64,000 nucleotides of DNA from Clostridia bacterium (GTDB taxonomy: Bacteria; Bacillota; Clostridia; JAAYHZ01), in contig JBMNIH010000003.1 in the NCBI GenBank assembly GCA_050950825.1, positions 96,001-160,000 of the forward strand. Direction: 5' to 3'. Below the pieces are notes generated by a model. That model was not told where the DNA came from. It made no database searches and worked only from the letters and a program-made list of their open reading frames with translations. Of the stretch, positions 1 through 10,203 are shown in pieces; the stretch's first letter is position 1; each line of letters begins with the position of its first letter. The translations under genes were made by a program, and so were the position numbers.

Positions 1-1762
1 CCTTCTCCAAAACTTTCTCCTGTGCCCCTATGAAAACCGGCTTTCCGTTTGTTATGAGAATATTGCGGTAGAAAGAAAACTGTTTATGCCCTTCGTTGCG
101 TAAAAGTCTTACAACCCCTTCTTCACCGAAGGCGAATATATTATTCCTTACGATATTCTCCCTTCCGTAGTGTTGGTCAAACACCTGGCTGTTGGTATCG
201 TAGCAGATATTGTTTTCTATCAATACATGGGAGCATCCCTCGTCCGTATATATGGCCCAACCGCCGTAATTGCATTTTTCTATATCGTGGATCAGGTTCC
301 CTCGTACTACGGTACCCGGCTGAATGCCTAAAAGGTATATGCCGCCCATATCGCTTAAAAGGCCTTTGCCCAAATGGTGGATGTGATTTTTTTCGATGAT
401 ATTTTCTCTTGAAATATTATCGTGATATCCCCAAATCCAGCCGCAGGAAATGCCGGAATAGTAAAGGTCTTGAATATCGTTGTGAGCGATTATATTCTTA
501 AAAGAATGCATCGAGCAAATGCCTACGCCGCTGTGAAAGATGTGGCCGCCGTTGAATATCCGGTTGTCCGTGATTTTATTTTTTCCCGTCCTTTTGCATG
601 CCGGGCCGTTCGCATCCGCTCCGTTGATTTTGATTCCCCCTGCTCCCATGTCGCTGATCTCATTGCCTGCAATGAGGTTATCCGTACAGCCGTAGGAAAG
701 CTCGATTCCGTATCCTCCCGTTCGGTTGACTTTACATTCCCTAAAGGAGCATTCTTTTGCTCCCATAACATGTATGGCCGCCGAAACGTCAAAGGCCGCT
801 TGCAGCCATCTTTCTTTATCTTCTCTTGTATAGAGCACTTCGGTTCGGTCGTTTTCGGTAAAGGAGAATTGAATGCCGGTAAACCCGACGTTATGTATAT
901 ACCTTCCTTCTTCAGGGCTTCCTTGAAGTATCAGTATATGTTCAAGATAAGGCACGATGACCTCCGTATTCTCCGGGTCTTCGCCTTCTTTCGGGATGTA
1001 GTATAGCATTCCGGTTTTTTTGTTTAAATACCATTCGCCGGGCTCCTTCAGCTCCTCAAAAACATTTTCAACATAATATCTTGCATATTTTTCTCGAACG
1101 TCGTCCTTTAATACGAATACGCTCTTTTGGCTTAATTCCACCGTATTCGTCCGTTCATCGAAGCTTTTTATGTTTATTCTTTCTTCCGTCCAATAGTGGA
1201 GAATGACAACCGTCACATCTTCCATGTTTGTCCACGGCTTGATGTCTCCTTCCTTACATACAAATCGGTCGGTTCCGTTTAGTAAAGAGGAACGAAAATC
1301 GACTCCGGGAACGGATTCGATATAATGCCATCCTTCTTTGGGGTACCGGGCGGGGTATCTTCTTTCGCCGTTGACGAAAAGCTGTTTAAAATGCCATTTC
1401 CCTGAAGCCGCTTCCGGAATATACGTATACCACATTTTTATACCGCTTATTTCTCCGACTTTCCAACCTGAAATCTTCCTTCCGCCGCTTAACACGGGGC
1501 GCTTTCCCGGGTATGCGCAAACATCGATTTGCGAGTCCGAATCCGTGAATATAACGGGCTTATCCAATTCATAATAACCGTCGTCCATCCAAATGCAAAA
1601 GGGCGCATCCGTTTTTTCTTTTGCTCTCTGCTCGCGAACGGTTTTAAGGGCTCCCTGCAACGTCGCCAAGGGGCCGTCCGTACCTTCTTCGTTCGCTTTC
1701 ATCAATTTTCCTGACCAAGTGTCATTTCCCGTTAAGGATACATAAAGATCCGTGGTTTTCAT
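1..1762 (-). CDS. Right-handed parallel beta-helix glycoside hydrolase-like protein (GH141-like), 3' end runs off the window
   Basis: Not in the ORF track because it is truncated. My translation from the ATG at 1762 (RBS AAGGAG) gives MKTTDLYVSLTGNDTWSG...DGPLATLQGA and later ISCGWIWGY...NHIHHLGKGLLSDMGGIY...GWAIYTDEG, motifs typical of this family. Confidence 0.75.
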   Translation of the reverse strand, partial: MKTTDLYVSLTGNDTWSGKLMKANEEGTDGPLATLQGALKTVREQRAKEKTDAPFCIWMDDGYYELDKPVIFTDSDSQIDVCAYPGKRPVLSGGRKISGWKVGEISGIKMWYTYIPEAASGKWHFKQLFVNGERRYPARYPKEGWHYIESVPGVDFRSSLLNGTDRFVCKEGDIKPWTNMEDVTVVILHYWTEERINIKSFDERTNTVELSQKSVFVLKDDVREKYARYYVENVFEELKEPGEWYLNKKTGMLYYIPKEGEDPENTEVIVPYLEHILILQGSPEEGRYIHNVGFTGIQFSFTENDRTEVLYTREDKERWLQAAFDVSAAIHVMGAKECSFRECKVNRTGGYGIELSYGCTDNLIAGNEISDMGAGGIKINGADANGPACKRTGKNKITDNRIFNGGHIFHSGVGICSMHSFKNIIAHNDIQDLYYSGISCGWIWGYHDNISRENIIEKNHIHHLGKGLLSDMGGIYLLGIQPGTVVRGNLIHDIEKCNYGGWAIYTDEGCSHVLIENNICYDTNSQVFDQHYGRENIVRNNIFAFGEEGVVRLLRNEGHKQFSFYRNILITNGKPVFIGAQEKVLEK

Positions 1763-1802
1763 AGCACCTATTCTCCTTTGGGGGTTGTCATATTCAATCG
1801 CA

Positions 1803-2690
1803 TTACAGAACCTTGTTCTCATTTACCCACTTTTTGTAATCCGTCGGAGCCATTCCCACAAAATTTCGGAAAGCGCGACTAAATGCATGAATGGATTTAT
1901 AGCCTAACACCTCGGAAACCTCCGTAATGCTAGTGTCCGTTGAAATCATTTCTTTAGCTTTTTCGAAACGCTTTTTATCGTAATAGGATTTTAAGCTTTC
2001 ACCCATAACGTCTTTAAATTTATGAGAAATATGAGAATAACTATATCCTAATATTTCGCAAAGATTTGTTAAACCGTTAATGTTATGAATCTCCGTGTCG
2101 ATATAGTGGACGATGTCATAAACGAGCTTGTTATTCACATCCTTTTCTTCCGATGCGTATACGTGATATTTCTGCTGGCTGAAGCTTCGATAGGTATTAA
2201 TGAGAATTTGATCGATATAGTCCTCTATCATTTTGCCGGAAAAACTGTCCCCCATCTTAATTTCGATTAAAAGCTTCGTAAACAATTCGGTCATTCCGCT
2301 TACGTGGCAAACATAACGGTTTTGAATATTGTCAAAAAAGTTTTTGAGCCGGAGAATTTGAAAGTTTTTGATATCGTTTGCAAAGTCAAAGCCTAAATAA
2401 AAAAACCTTAGAGGATCTAAGGAAGACGACTGGATTTCGTGCTTTTCACCGATTTTATTTATAAACAGCATGCCGGATGACACTTCATATCGGTCATTGT
2501 TTACAAGGAAGACTCCTTTTCCGGAAACGATGAAGCTGATTTCATACACCTTTTGGGTATGATTCCATACTTGATATCCCGGTTCACAGCACAAATCTCC
2601 CGTTTGATAAAGGATATACGAACCGAAACGGTTGCTTACGTCTTTAAACCAATAATCAAAATGAAACTTAAACCTTCGGTTTGGCAACAT
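1803..2690 (-). CDS. AraC family transcriptional regulator (cupin + HTH)
   Basis: N-terminal cupin (HTQKVYEISFIVSGKG) and C-terminal AraC HTH (SITEVSEVLGYKSIHAFSRAFRNFVGMAPTDYK). Confidence 0.93.
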   Translation of the reverse strand: MLPNRRFKFHFDYWFKDVSNRFGSYILYQTGDLCCEPGYQVWNHTQKVYEISFIVSGKGVFLVNNDRYEVSSGMLFINKIGEKHEIQSSSLDPLRFFYLGFDFANDIKNFQILRLKNFFDNIQNRYVCHVSGMTELFTKLLIEIKMGDSFSGKMIEDYIDQILINTYRSFSQQKYHVYASEEKDVNNKLVYDIVHYIDTEIHNINGLTNLCEILGYSYSHISHKFKDVMGESLKSYYDKKRFEKAKEMISTDTSITEVSEVLGYKSIHAFSRAFRNFVGMAPTDYKKWVNENKVL

Positions 2691-2986
2691 AGATTACCCT
2701 ACCTCTAAATTCTACTTTACCATAATTATACATGAATTTCGCACTCGTTTGTTTGATATTTTTACAAAATTACTTATCATTTGTTGCAAGTTTGATAAAA
2801 CATGAACCGCAAAGGCTTATCTTTTTTCTTATGAACAATAGAAGATATGAAAGAAAAAAGCTTTTTAAAGATAAGTCAAAATGGCAAATATAGTTAAGGA
2901 AGTTGCTAAAGATATCAAATAAAAGAAAATTATTAAATGCTAGTATAGGCGTAAAGGATTTTTATCTTTACAGGAGGGAGATTCAG

Positions 2987-4879
2987 ATGAAACGGTCAAA
3001 GGTTCTTGCTATCGCTAGTATTATTTTCTTTATCTTTTCCTTTGCTGCTTGTTCGCAATCCCAAGAGCAACCGGAAGTAACGACAACTACTAGTGCACAA
3101 GTGACAACGCAAGCGGTTACAACCACAAAACAGCAAACATCCGCAACTGTTACCACTGCCGCAACAACGACACAGAAGGTCGAAGAAAACCCCTTCGCCG
3201 AATTCTACGAAATCAGTTGGCTGTACGGAATGTGTGCCGACTATGTGGAAGGTGCTTGGGATGAGTTGCTTCTTGAGGAAAGATACAATATCGACTTAAA
3301 GATTTGGAATATCAACCACACGGATACGGAAGGCTTATCCATGATGATTGCCGCCGGCGAAATTCCGGACGTAGGCCTTCTATCCAACTCGCCCTTAACC
3401 CCGGCCCAGCTGTATGACGAAGGCTTTACTCGTTCGGTGCCTTTGTCCATGATCCAACATTATTTTCCCCATTATTACGAGAAAATGCTGCAAAACCAGC
3501 CCACAAGCTTCCAATACAACAGAATAAAGGACACGGACGAATATTACGGACTGTCCGCCATTAACGTAACTTATCTGCGTTCATACAACGTTCCCCTGAT
3601 GCGCTTGGATTGGCTGGAAAACGTAGGCTACGAAATACCGGAAGAAGAGCTGACGAAAATAACGATGACCGATGAAAGGTACGGAAAATTCGACGGACAA
3701 TTATATATAACCAATTATTTGTTCGAGCACGAAGAAATGAACGATATTTTCAGGGCATTTACCGAAGATGACCCGGACGGAAACGGTGAAGACGATACAT
3801 ACGCCGCCGTCGCTTTCGCCCACTCTTCAAGAAACCATTGGTGGGACTTGTACTGGGGACAATTCGGAATCATCGGCTCCGATTTGAACTGGTTGTACTT
3901 AGACGATGCCTCCGGCAACGTGGTTCCCTTTTACGCATACACCGGCTGGAGAGACTATATGATTTGGGCTAGCAATATGTATGAAAAGGGCTACATGAGA
4001 ACTCTGGGCGAAGGGAACTGGCGTGATGTGATGGCTACCACATGGATGACGGGTAAGGTAGGCTACTTTAATGCCGACAGGCAGGTTATCGCAAGGCCGG
4101 ATTTGCCCGAAACATCGGATAAGCAGCCGCCGCAAAGCATATGGCTGAACACGGACCCGACGGCTACCTTTGTTATTTTCCCGTGCTTAAAAGGCCCCGG
4201 TGAAAATTACGGTACGAGAAGATACGAGATGACGGCAATGAGCGAAGCGAAGAACAGAGTATACACATTTGCCGCCACGGTTTCGGACGGAAAATTGGCT
4301 CGGGTATTCACCATGTGGAACGATATCAGCAGCGATCCTTACGGTGAATTCAGCGAAAAGATCCTCAACGGAATCGAAAAGATTCACTACACATGGTCCG
4401 GCGAGCCCTATAACAGCTCCAGAATGGTAACGGAAGCTACAAAGATACCTCCTCAGTACAGAAAAGGCGGCTTCTGGGGCGGCAACTTTATCGGAGAGGA
4501 AAACTTCTTCGTATATGAAGCCCACCGGCAAATATTGATATTCCAATATGAAAACATGTGGGTGGACAAGTACATGGTGGAACCGTACAAATATATTGCT
4601 CCTCTCGATATGGGACAAGAATTGTACGATGCGTACATGAAGGATTATAACGAGCTGAACAATGAAATCATGACGGTGGTCAACAACTTTGCAAACCGTG
4701 TATGGAGAGGACAAGTAGGCGATATCTACACCGAGTGGGAGCAGTACTTAACCCAGCTGTACAGTGCGGGACTGCAGACCATGGTGGATAAGTATTACAA
4801 CAACGACGCTTTCCAAAAGTATGAAGTACCCGACTTCGAAACAATCGTAAGCAATTTCCAATACTTTAAGAACAAATAA
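2987..4879 (+). CDS. Extracellular carbohydrate solute-binding lipoprotein (LplA-like)
   Basis: RBS GGAGGGAG before ATG 2987; lipobox FAAC; Thr-rich linker; motifs MIAAGEIPD, RLDWLE and AFTEDDPDGNGEDDTY typical of clostridial sugar SBPs. Confidence 0.85.
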   Translation: MKRSKVLAIASIIFFIFSFAACSQSQEQPEVTTTTSAQVTTQAVTTTKQQTSATVTTAATTTQKVEENPFAEFYEISWLYGMCADYVEGAWDELLLEERYNIDLKIWNINHTDTEGLSMMIAAGEIPDVGLLSNSPLTPAQLYDEGFTRSVPLSMIQHYFPHYYEKMLQNQPTSFQYNRIKDTDEYYGLSAINVTYLRSYNVPLMRLDWLENVGYEIPEEELTKITMTDERYGKFDGQLYITNYLFEHEEMNDIFRAFTEDDPDGNGEDDTYAAVAFAHSSRNHWWDLYWGQFGIIGSDLNWLYLDDASGNVVPFYAYTGWRDYMIWASNMYEKGYMRTLGEGNWRDVMATTWMTGKVGYFNADRQVIARPDLPETSDKQPPQSIWLNTDPTATFVIFPCLKGPGENYGTRRYEMTAMSEAKNRVYTFAATVSDGKLARVFTMWNDISSDPYGEFSEKILNGIEKIHYTWSGEPYNSSRMVTEATKIPPQYRKGGFWGGNFIGEENFFVYEAHRQILIFQYENMWVDKYMVEPYKYIAPLDMGQELYDAYMKDYNELNNEIMTVVNNFANRVWRGQVGDIYTEWEQYLTQLYSAGLQTMVDKYYNNDAFQKYEVPDFETIVSNFQYFKNK

Positions 4880-4900
4880 CGTATAACAAATATGACACAA

Positions 4901-4939
4901 GTTATGAAGAAAACAGGTTGTACCTGTTTTCTTCATAAC
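4901..4939 (+). terminator. 18-bp perfect stem-loop after the SBP gene (terminator or mRNA stabiliser)
   Basis: GTTATGAAGAAAACAGGT-tgt-ACCTGTTTTCTTCATAAC; no clear U-tract. Confidence 0.7.
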
Positions 4940-5059
4940 ACACTTAAATTTTGCATCGTTTCGGAAATTCTTTACACCATTGTAATAAAAAATGAAAGAC
5001 TTTCGTTTTTTCTACACCTTTCTTCTTGTCATATTGATTCGGTAGCAAAGGAGATCAAT

Positions 5060-7240
5060 ATGAAAATAAAAAATTTTAGATTATTAAGAGGTTTATTAAG
5101 TATATCCATGATTTTGTTTTTATCATCGGCCTGCCAAAGTACCGGTACAGGGAATGAACCGGAAGCTCCCCCGTCTACAACAGAGGTCACGACATCGGAA
5201 GTAATGACGAAAAAAGACGAAGCCGTATCCTTCGAGACCGCAGAGGAAACCGACAGCGAAACGGTTGAAGAAACGGGATATTTAGACAACATCGAAGTCG
5301 TGAATATCGAAAAGATCGGCTCGCCTATCAGCAACATGCAGATATCGGCATGCTGCATCGGTACGAATGAAGACGAAGATCATATCTTTTACGGAATTTC
5401 GGAAGGAACTCTTTTTGCATACAACCCGGATACGAACCGGCTTTTGGATGTCGTAAATGTAGCAAGCTCAAACGCCTTGGATATGGGACCGGACGGAGTG
5501 ATCAATATCGCTAGCGGGAAAGGTTTTTATCGATATGATCCCGCAAAAAAAGAGCTGAAAAGCTACGGCTCCCTGTCACCGGAAACGGCGGTTATGCATA
5601 AGGGGTGCTTTGATTCGGAGGGAAATTACTACTTCGGCACCTATCCCAATGCCGCATTGTTTAAATACGATATAAAATCGGACATGTTGGTCAAAATCGG
5701 AACGAATATGGTGTCCGGCAATTACATAAAATCCATGGCCTCCTGCGGCGATTCTATCTTTATGGGATCTTTAGGCTCAACGGACAAACCTGCAGAAATT
5801 AAGGTCTATCATGCAAAGACCGGTATCGTAAGCGATGTGCCCAATCCCGTTTGGAAGGAAAGAGGCATCGTGGAAGACGAGGTCAAGCAATACTATTCCA
5901 TGACCGGCGTAGGAAGGTATCTTTTTGCCAGGTTCTCTTGCTACACGGTCGATATTTCCTATGTTTTAGGTGTTTACGATACGGAGACCGGCCGGTGGAC
6001 GGATTTTATTCTCGGAACACAGCATCTCCACTCGACGGATCTCGATGACGAGGGCTTATCCTATTTTCGAGCGGAAGGAAAATACGGCGAAAGGACCTTT
6101 ATATCATACAACCCCGAAACAAAGGAAAGAAATGACTTCGACGGCTTAGGCTCGTACAACGGAGCATTTATCAGCCCGGTTACGGTTACTTTAAAGGATC
6201 AAAAGACCTATCCGGGCAAAACGGTGATTTTCGGTGCAGGAGATCAAGGAATCGCTTTATTCAATCTTCAAAATCAAAGCATGCAGTTTATAAAAGACCC
6301 GCTTCCCCATGATTCTTTCCCTATAAGAACCATTAAAGGGGGCTACAATGACGATATTATCGTAAGCTCCATGGCAAGCACCAAGGTCGTGATATATGAC
6401 GTAAAGAACAAGGCTCCGAGGCTGGAGCTTCCCTTAAGTCAAATGGAGGGAATCAATGTTTTTGACGGCAAATACTACTTGGGCGCTTACGGCAGCGAGG
6501 CGGCTTTGCTGGAGGTCGACCCGAAGACAGGGGAAATAACCCGGCTTGCCGATATGGCGGGTCACAACCAGAATCGAGCTTTTGTCGTAGAAGACGGCGG
6601 GGACTATATTCTCTGGGGCTCGATACCGAATTACGGATATCGAGGAGGAGGAATCGGTCTTTACCATAAAAGGCTCGGCTTAAAAATCGTACACTCAAAC
6701 GTGATTGCCGATCAATCCGTTGTAGGCTTAGCGTATAAAGACGGCATCATATACGGATCTACCACCATGTTCTGCGGCTTGGGAATAGAACCTGTGGTAG
6801 ATATCGCAAAGGTCTTTACCATGGATCGTAAAGGTAACGTTTTAAATCAAAAGGATATTCGACTGAAGTCCGATCCGAACGACCAGTACTTTGCAGGCGG
6901 CATGACTTTTAATAAAGAAGGCAGACTTTTTGTCGCCTGTCCGCAAACGCTTATTGAATTGGATCCTTTGACTTTGGAGATTAAAAATGAAATGAGAATA
7001 GGAGAAACGGTGATTCCCGCTTCTATTTTCCGATGGCAGCCCTTTGCCTTGGAATGGGATGACAACGGCCTTTTATACACCAACATAGGAGGTGTCATCA
7101 GTGTTGTGGACGTGGATGCATGGAAGCATAAGCAATTGGCACCGATTAATACGGCTATGGTGACTTTAGGATCCGACGGAAATCTATACTTTATGTCCGA
7201 TTCGAATATGATGATAAGCCGTATTCGTTTATCAAGATAG
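5060..7240 (+). CDS. Beta-propeller repeat lipoprotein of unknown function
   Basis: RBS AAGGAG before ATG 5060; lipobox SSAC; E/T-rich linker; repeated YD/GNYYFGTYP/GIIYGST beta-blade motifs. Confidence 0.7.
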   Translation: MKIKNFRLLRGLLSISMILFLSSACQSTGTGNEPEAPPSTTEVTTSEVMTKKDEAVSFETAEETDSETVEETGYLDNIEVVNIEKIGSPISNMQISACCIGTNEDEDHIFYGISEGTLFAYNPDTNRLLDVVNVASSNALDMGPDGVINIASGKGFYRYDPAKKELKSYGSLSPETAVMHKGCFDSEGNYYFGTYPNAALFKYDIKSDMLVKIGTNMVSGNYIKSMASCGDSIFMGSLGSTDKPAEIKVYHAKTGIVSDVPNPVWKERGIVEDEVKQYYSMTGVGRYLFARFSCYTVDISYVLGVYDTETGRWTDFILGTQHLHSTDLDDEGLSYFRAEGKYGERTFISYNPETKERNDFDGLGSYNGAFISPVTVTLKDQKTYPGKTVIFGAGDQGIALFNLQNQSMQFIKDPLPHDSFPIRTIKGGYNDDIIVSSMASTKVVIYDVKNKAPRLELPLSQMEGINVFDGKYYLGAYGSEAALLEVDPKTGEITRLADMAGHNQNRAFVVEDGGDYILWGSIPNYGYRGGGIGLYHKRLGLKIVHSNVIADQSVVGLAYKDGIIYGSTTMFCGLGIEPVVDIAKVFTMDRKGNVLNQKDIRLKSDPNDQYFAGGMTFNKEGRLFVACPQTLIELDPLTLEIKNEMRIGETVIPASIFRWQPFALEWDDNGLLYTNIGGVISVVDVDAWKHKQLAPINTAMVTLGSDGNLYFMSDSNMMISRIRLSR

Positions 7241-7283
7241 GAAGAACCATACTAGCATAATATTGCAAGAAAGTGAGGGCACC

Positions 7284-9296
7284 ATGAAGAATCGAATACT
7301 CATTGTAAGTAAGGCGAATGATTCGAACGATTTATTGGAAGTCATGAAGGCAAACGGTATCGGCTTTGATATTTTACATCCCGACAGCGTACACGAGCAT
7401 AATTTGGATAAGTATGAGGGGATTATGCTTCTTGGCGGAAGCAGTGAAGAGCCTTTGGAAATTTTCCCGAAAGACCGACTCGTCATTCATGAACAAATTA
7501 AAAAGGGGAAAAAGGTCTTTGCGGAATACTGCAGGGGAATCCATAATGTTTGTTTTACGGATAGCGTGTCCACACGCTACGAAAGACCGGTAGCCTTCAT
7601 GGACTATCCCGAGGCGGGCTTGGAAAAAGGAGATATATTGGACGAGCAGTGCAATAACCGTTTAAAGGTATTCCTGCTAGCAAGCAAAGGCACGCCTATT
7701 CTTCAGTATATAAACAACCCCCGTGGATTTTATAAAACCGACATGGACTTAGAAAAAGCCCGTTCAAAAGCCTACTATGCCTTGTGGTTCGAACACGACT
7801 CGTTATTGGTCTGCTCTTTTCGCTTGGTAAACTTCATCAAAGCGAAATTTGCACCTCGCAATAAGTGGAAGAAGCTGATTCAATTCATTTTGAAGTGGGT
7901 GACCGGTCAAGAAATCGATATGAATGTAGCGGATCCGCTGTATGAAAAAGTTTATCGATTCGATGAGAATACGGAGCCTTTTAATGAAAAGTGTTTGGAT
8001 GCGGTAAACAGAGTTTTTGAGTGGTTTGAAATCAACGAAATGTACGATAAAAGATACGACCGCTACAACAGCGTAAAAGAAGGCTTAGGTCCTGCCGTCT
8101 ATGCCGACGGTACCCATAAAAGAGAAGAAACCGTTCGATCGGATAATACCGGCGAATTGTCTTTTGCGTGGTTTATGCGGTATATGATGACAAAAAACAA
8201 AGAGTGCTTAAAGGTATCCGATTCTTTGTCGGATTTCTTATTGGATCTGCAGGTCAGAGAAGAAGGTCCCTACTACGGCATGATAAGAAACGGAACCTTC
8301 GCTTGGTGGAATGTCTGCTACCAAGACGACAGCGCCCGAAGCTTTTTGCTGCCGAAATTGTTTGAAATGCTGTACACGGGAGAAATGAAATACGAAAGAC
8401 CGGTAAGAGATTGTCTTGACTTTCTAATTCGCACCACAGGAAAAGACGGGCTGAGGGTACCTTGTACTTATTTAATCTCCCCGGATTCTACCGAAACCTT
8501 TGGTAAACCTTATCGGATGCATCCCCCCCGGGAAGACGGAGTCATTCGCTATACCTTAGACGGAGAAGTGATAAGAGACATAGCCATATTCCCGAAAGTA
8601 GACGGCTCCACTCCTTCCGGCCATTATAACGGATGGTATTTGGCGTCTTTGTTTTTAGCATATAAGGTCTTAGGCGATGAAAAATATTTGGAGACGGCTA
8701 AAAAAGGAATGAGCCGCATCATGGCCGTTTATCCTTTCACGTCCAGAGAGCATTCCGAAACGCAGGAGCTTTGTCGATTAATTCTCCCGAGCGCCATGCA
8801 GTATTTTGCAACCGGAAGCGAAGAAGACAAGGCATTTTTGTATCGAGTAACAAAAGATTTGCAACGATTCAAGCATGAAAGCGGCGCTTACCTCGAGTGG
8901 GATACCGGGTATACCGCCAGAAGGTCGGGAACCGTAGGAGACGAATGCAGTCTTCTTAGCAAAAACGGAGATCCCGTAATAGATCATTTGTATTCTTTGA
9001 ATTGGCTTCCGGTCAGCTTTATCCAAAGCTATTTCGTAACCAAAGACCCGTACTTTTACACGCTTTGGGAGGATATCACCCGGTATTTTCTAAAAGTCCA
9101 GCTTCGAAGCGAGGATAAGGTTATAGACGGTGTTTGGACAAGGGCTTTTGATATCAATCACAAGGAAGTTTACGGAGTGCCGAATGACATCGGCTGGGCT
9201 CCGTGGTCGGTGGAAACCGGCTGGACCTTAGGAGAAATTATCATCGGCATCCAACAAGGGCTGATGGCAGAAGAGTTGATTGAAAAATATAAATAA
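7284..9296 (+). CDS. Hypothetical cytoplasmic protein, probable (alpha/alpha)-barrel glycan-processing enzyme
   Basis: Long ORF with no signal peptide; helical C-terminal half with W/Y/D/E-rich motifs (YQDD, WSVETGW); sits in a carbohydrate locus. The fold is inferred. Confidence 0.5.
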   Translation: MKNRILIVSKANDSNDLLEVMKANGIGFDILHPDSVHEHNLDKYEGIMLLGGSSEEPLEIFPKDRLVIHEQIKKGKKVFAEYCRGIHNVCFTDSVSTRYERPVAFMDYPEAGLEKGDILDEQCNNRLKVFLLASKGTPILQYINNPRGFYKTDMDLEKARSKAYYALWFEHDSLLVCSFRLVNFIKAKFAPRNKWKKLIQFILKWVTGQEIDMNVADPLYEKVYRFDENTEPFNEKCLDAVNRVFEWFEINEMYDKRYDRYNSVKEGLGPAVYADGTHKREETVRSDNTGELSFAWFMRYMMTKNKECLKVSDSLSDFLLDLQVREEGPYYGMIRNGTFAWWNVCYQDDSARSFLLPKLFEMLYTGEMKYERPVRDCLDFLIRTTGKDGLRVPCTYLISPDSTETFGKPYRMHPPREDGVIRYTLDGEVIRDIAIFPKVDGSTPSGHYNGWYLASLFLAYKVLGDEKYLETAKKGMSRIMAVYPFTSREHSETQELCRLILPSAMQYFATGSEEDKAFLYRVTKDLQRFKHESGAYLEWDTGYTARRSGTVGDECSLLSKNGDPVIDHLYSLNWLPVSFIQSYFVTKDPYFYTLWEDITRYFLKVQLRSEDKVIDGVWTRAFDINHKEVYGVPNDIGWAPWSVETGWTLGEIIIGIQQGLMAEELIEKYK

Positions 9297-9320
9297 TGAA
9301 GACCTATAATTATTCCTAAA

Positions 9321-9357
9321 ACATAAGGCAGTGCACGATTTCAGCACTGCCTTATGT
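9321..9357. terminator. Hairpin between convergent genes (likely bidirectional terminator)
   Basis: ACATAAGGCAGTGC-N9-GCACTGCCTTATGT, 14-bp stem. Confidence 0.75.
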
Positions 9358-9382
9358 CGGTTGGATAAAGTCCGGTTGTCAT

Positions 9383-9805
9383 TTACGTATTTTTATCGAT
9401 GAACACACCCTCGGCGGAGCCGTATTGCTTCATGTATCCTTTGTTCCCTTTTTTGATTTCATTCAACCTTTTAATGTCTTTTTTATGTCGCTCCATATGC
9501 GTTTGCAAAAGGTCCATGTTTTCTTTTTCAAGCTTATCCGTTTCCATAAAGATGTTCTTTATACGGCTTATACTTTTCTGAGACTCCGCAAGCTTCGAAA
9601 CATCCGTTGTTTTCAATTTTTCATCCAGTTCGTCGATTTCACTTATCAGCGTCTCTCTTTCTTCCAACAAAGATTCAATTTTATCCATTTCAAACTCATC
9701 GCCCGATAGTATATCGTTAATCTCGTCGGAAATCTCGAATATCTTTCTTGCCAATAGACATTTTTCTTCCAGAATTTGAACAGGAGGCAGGAGGGATTCA
9801 TTCAT
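9383..9805 (-). CDS. fliT: FliT/FlgN-like flagellar export chaperone
   Basis: Coiled-coil protein directly after fliS; RBS GGAGG before ATG 9805; C-terminal GY...FIDK motif. Confidence 0.65.
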   Translation of the reverse strand: MNESLLPPVQILEEKCLLARKIFEISDEINDILSGDEFEMDKIESLLEERETLISEIDELDEKLKTTDVSKLAESQKSISRIKNIFMETDKLEKENMDLLQTHMERHKKDIKRLNEIKKGNKGYMKQYGSAEGVFIDKNT

Positions 9806-10185
9806 TAATTCGAATCCCTCCTGTGGATTATTATGGCTTCCGCCCAAGCTTCTCGCAATTCGGTGATTAAGTCTAAGGCATCGTCCAATTCTTTGGTCGT
9901 GTTATGGATGTTTGCATGCACCAACAGGCGGCATACGAATTCATAAAGACGCATCAGGTTAAAGGATATCTCATAGCTCATGTCCAATGTAGACATCAGT
10001 TCGGTAATAATGTCTTGGGCTTTTTGCAGTGCCGAGTTTTTCTTCTCGATATCTTTTTCTTCGATATACTTTTTAGCGATTCGTATTTGCTTTAAGCATT
10101 CGTCATACAGCATCAATGTTAGGTTTTCGGAGGATGCCGTTAAAATGGACGTTTGCTTGTATTGCATATAGGGGTTATTTACCAT
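9805..10185 (-). CDS. fliS: Flagellin export chaperone FliS
   Basis: NPYMQYKQTSILTAS.ENLTLMLYD...KAQDIITELMSTLDM...LREAW. Confidence 0.95.
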   Translation of the reverse strand: MVNNPYMQYKQTSILTASSENLTLMLYDECLKQIRIAKKYIEEKDIEKKNSALQKAQDIITELMSTLDMSYEISFNLMRLYEFVCRLLVHANIHNTTKELDDALDLITELREAWAEAIIIHRRDSN

Positions 10186-10203
10186 TTGTTAGCTCCCTTC
10201 CAA

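Noticed and set aside
422-1714. + strand ORFs 422..1006, 1338..1574 and 1529..1714
   Set aside because: Antisense shadows of the - strand beta-helix gene (1..1762) that the ORF track missed.
3078-3175. Tandem repeat or CRISPR-like array in the ACA/ACC-rich stretch
   Set aside because: It is the Thr-rich linker codons of the lipoprotein; I saw no repeat-spacer array anywhere in the window.
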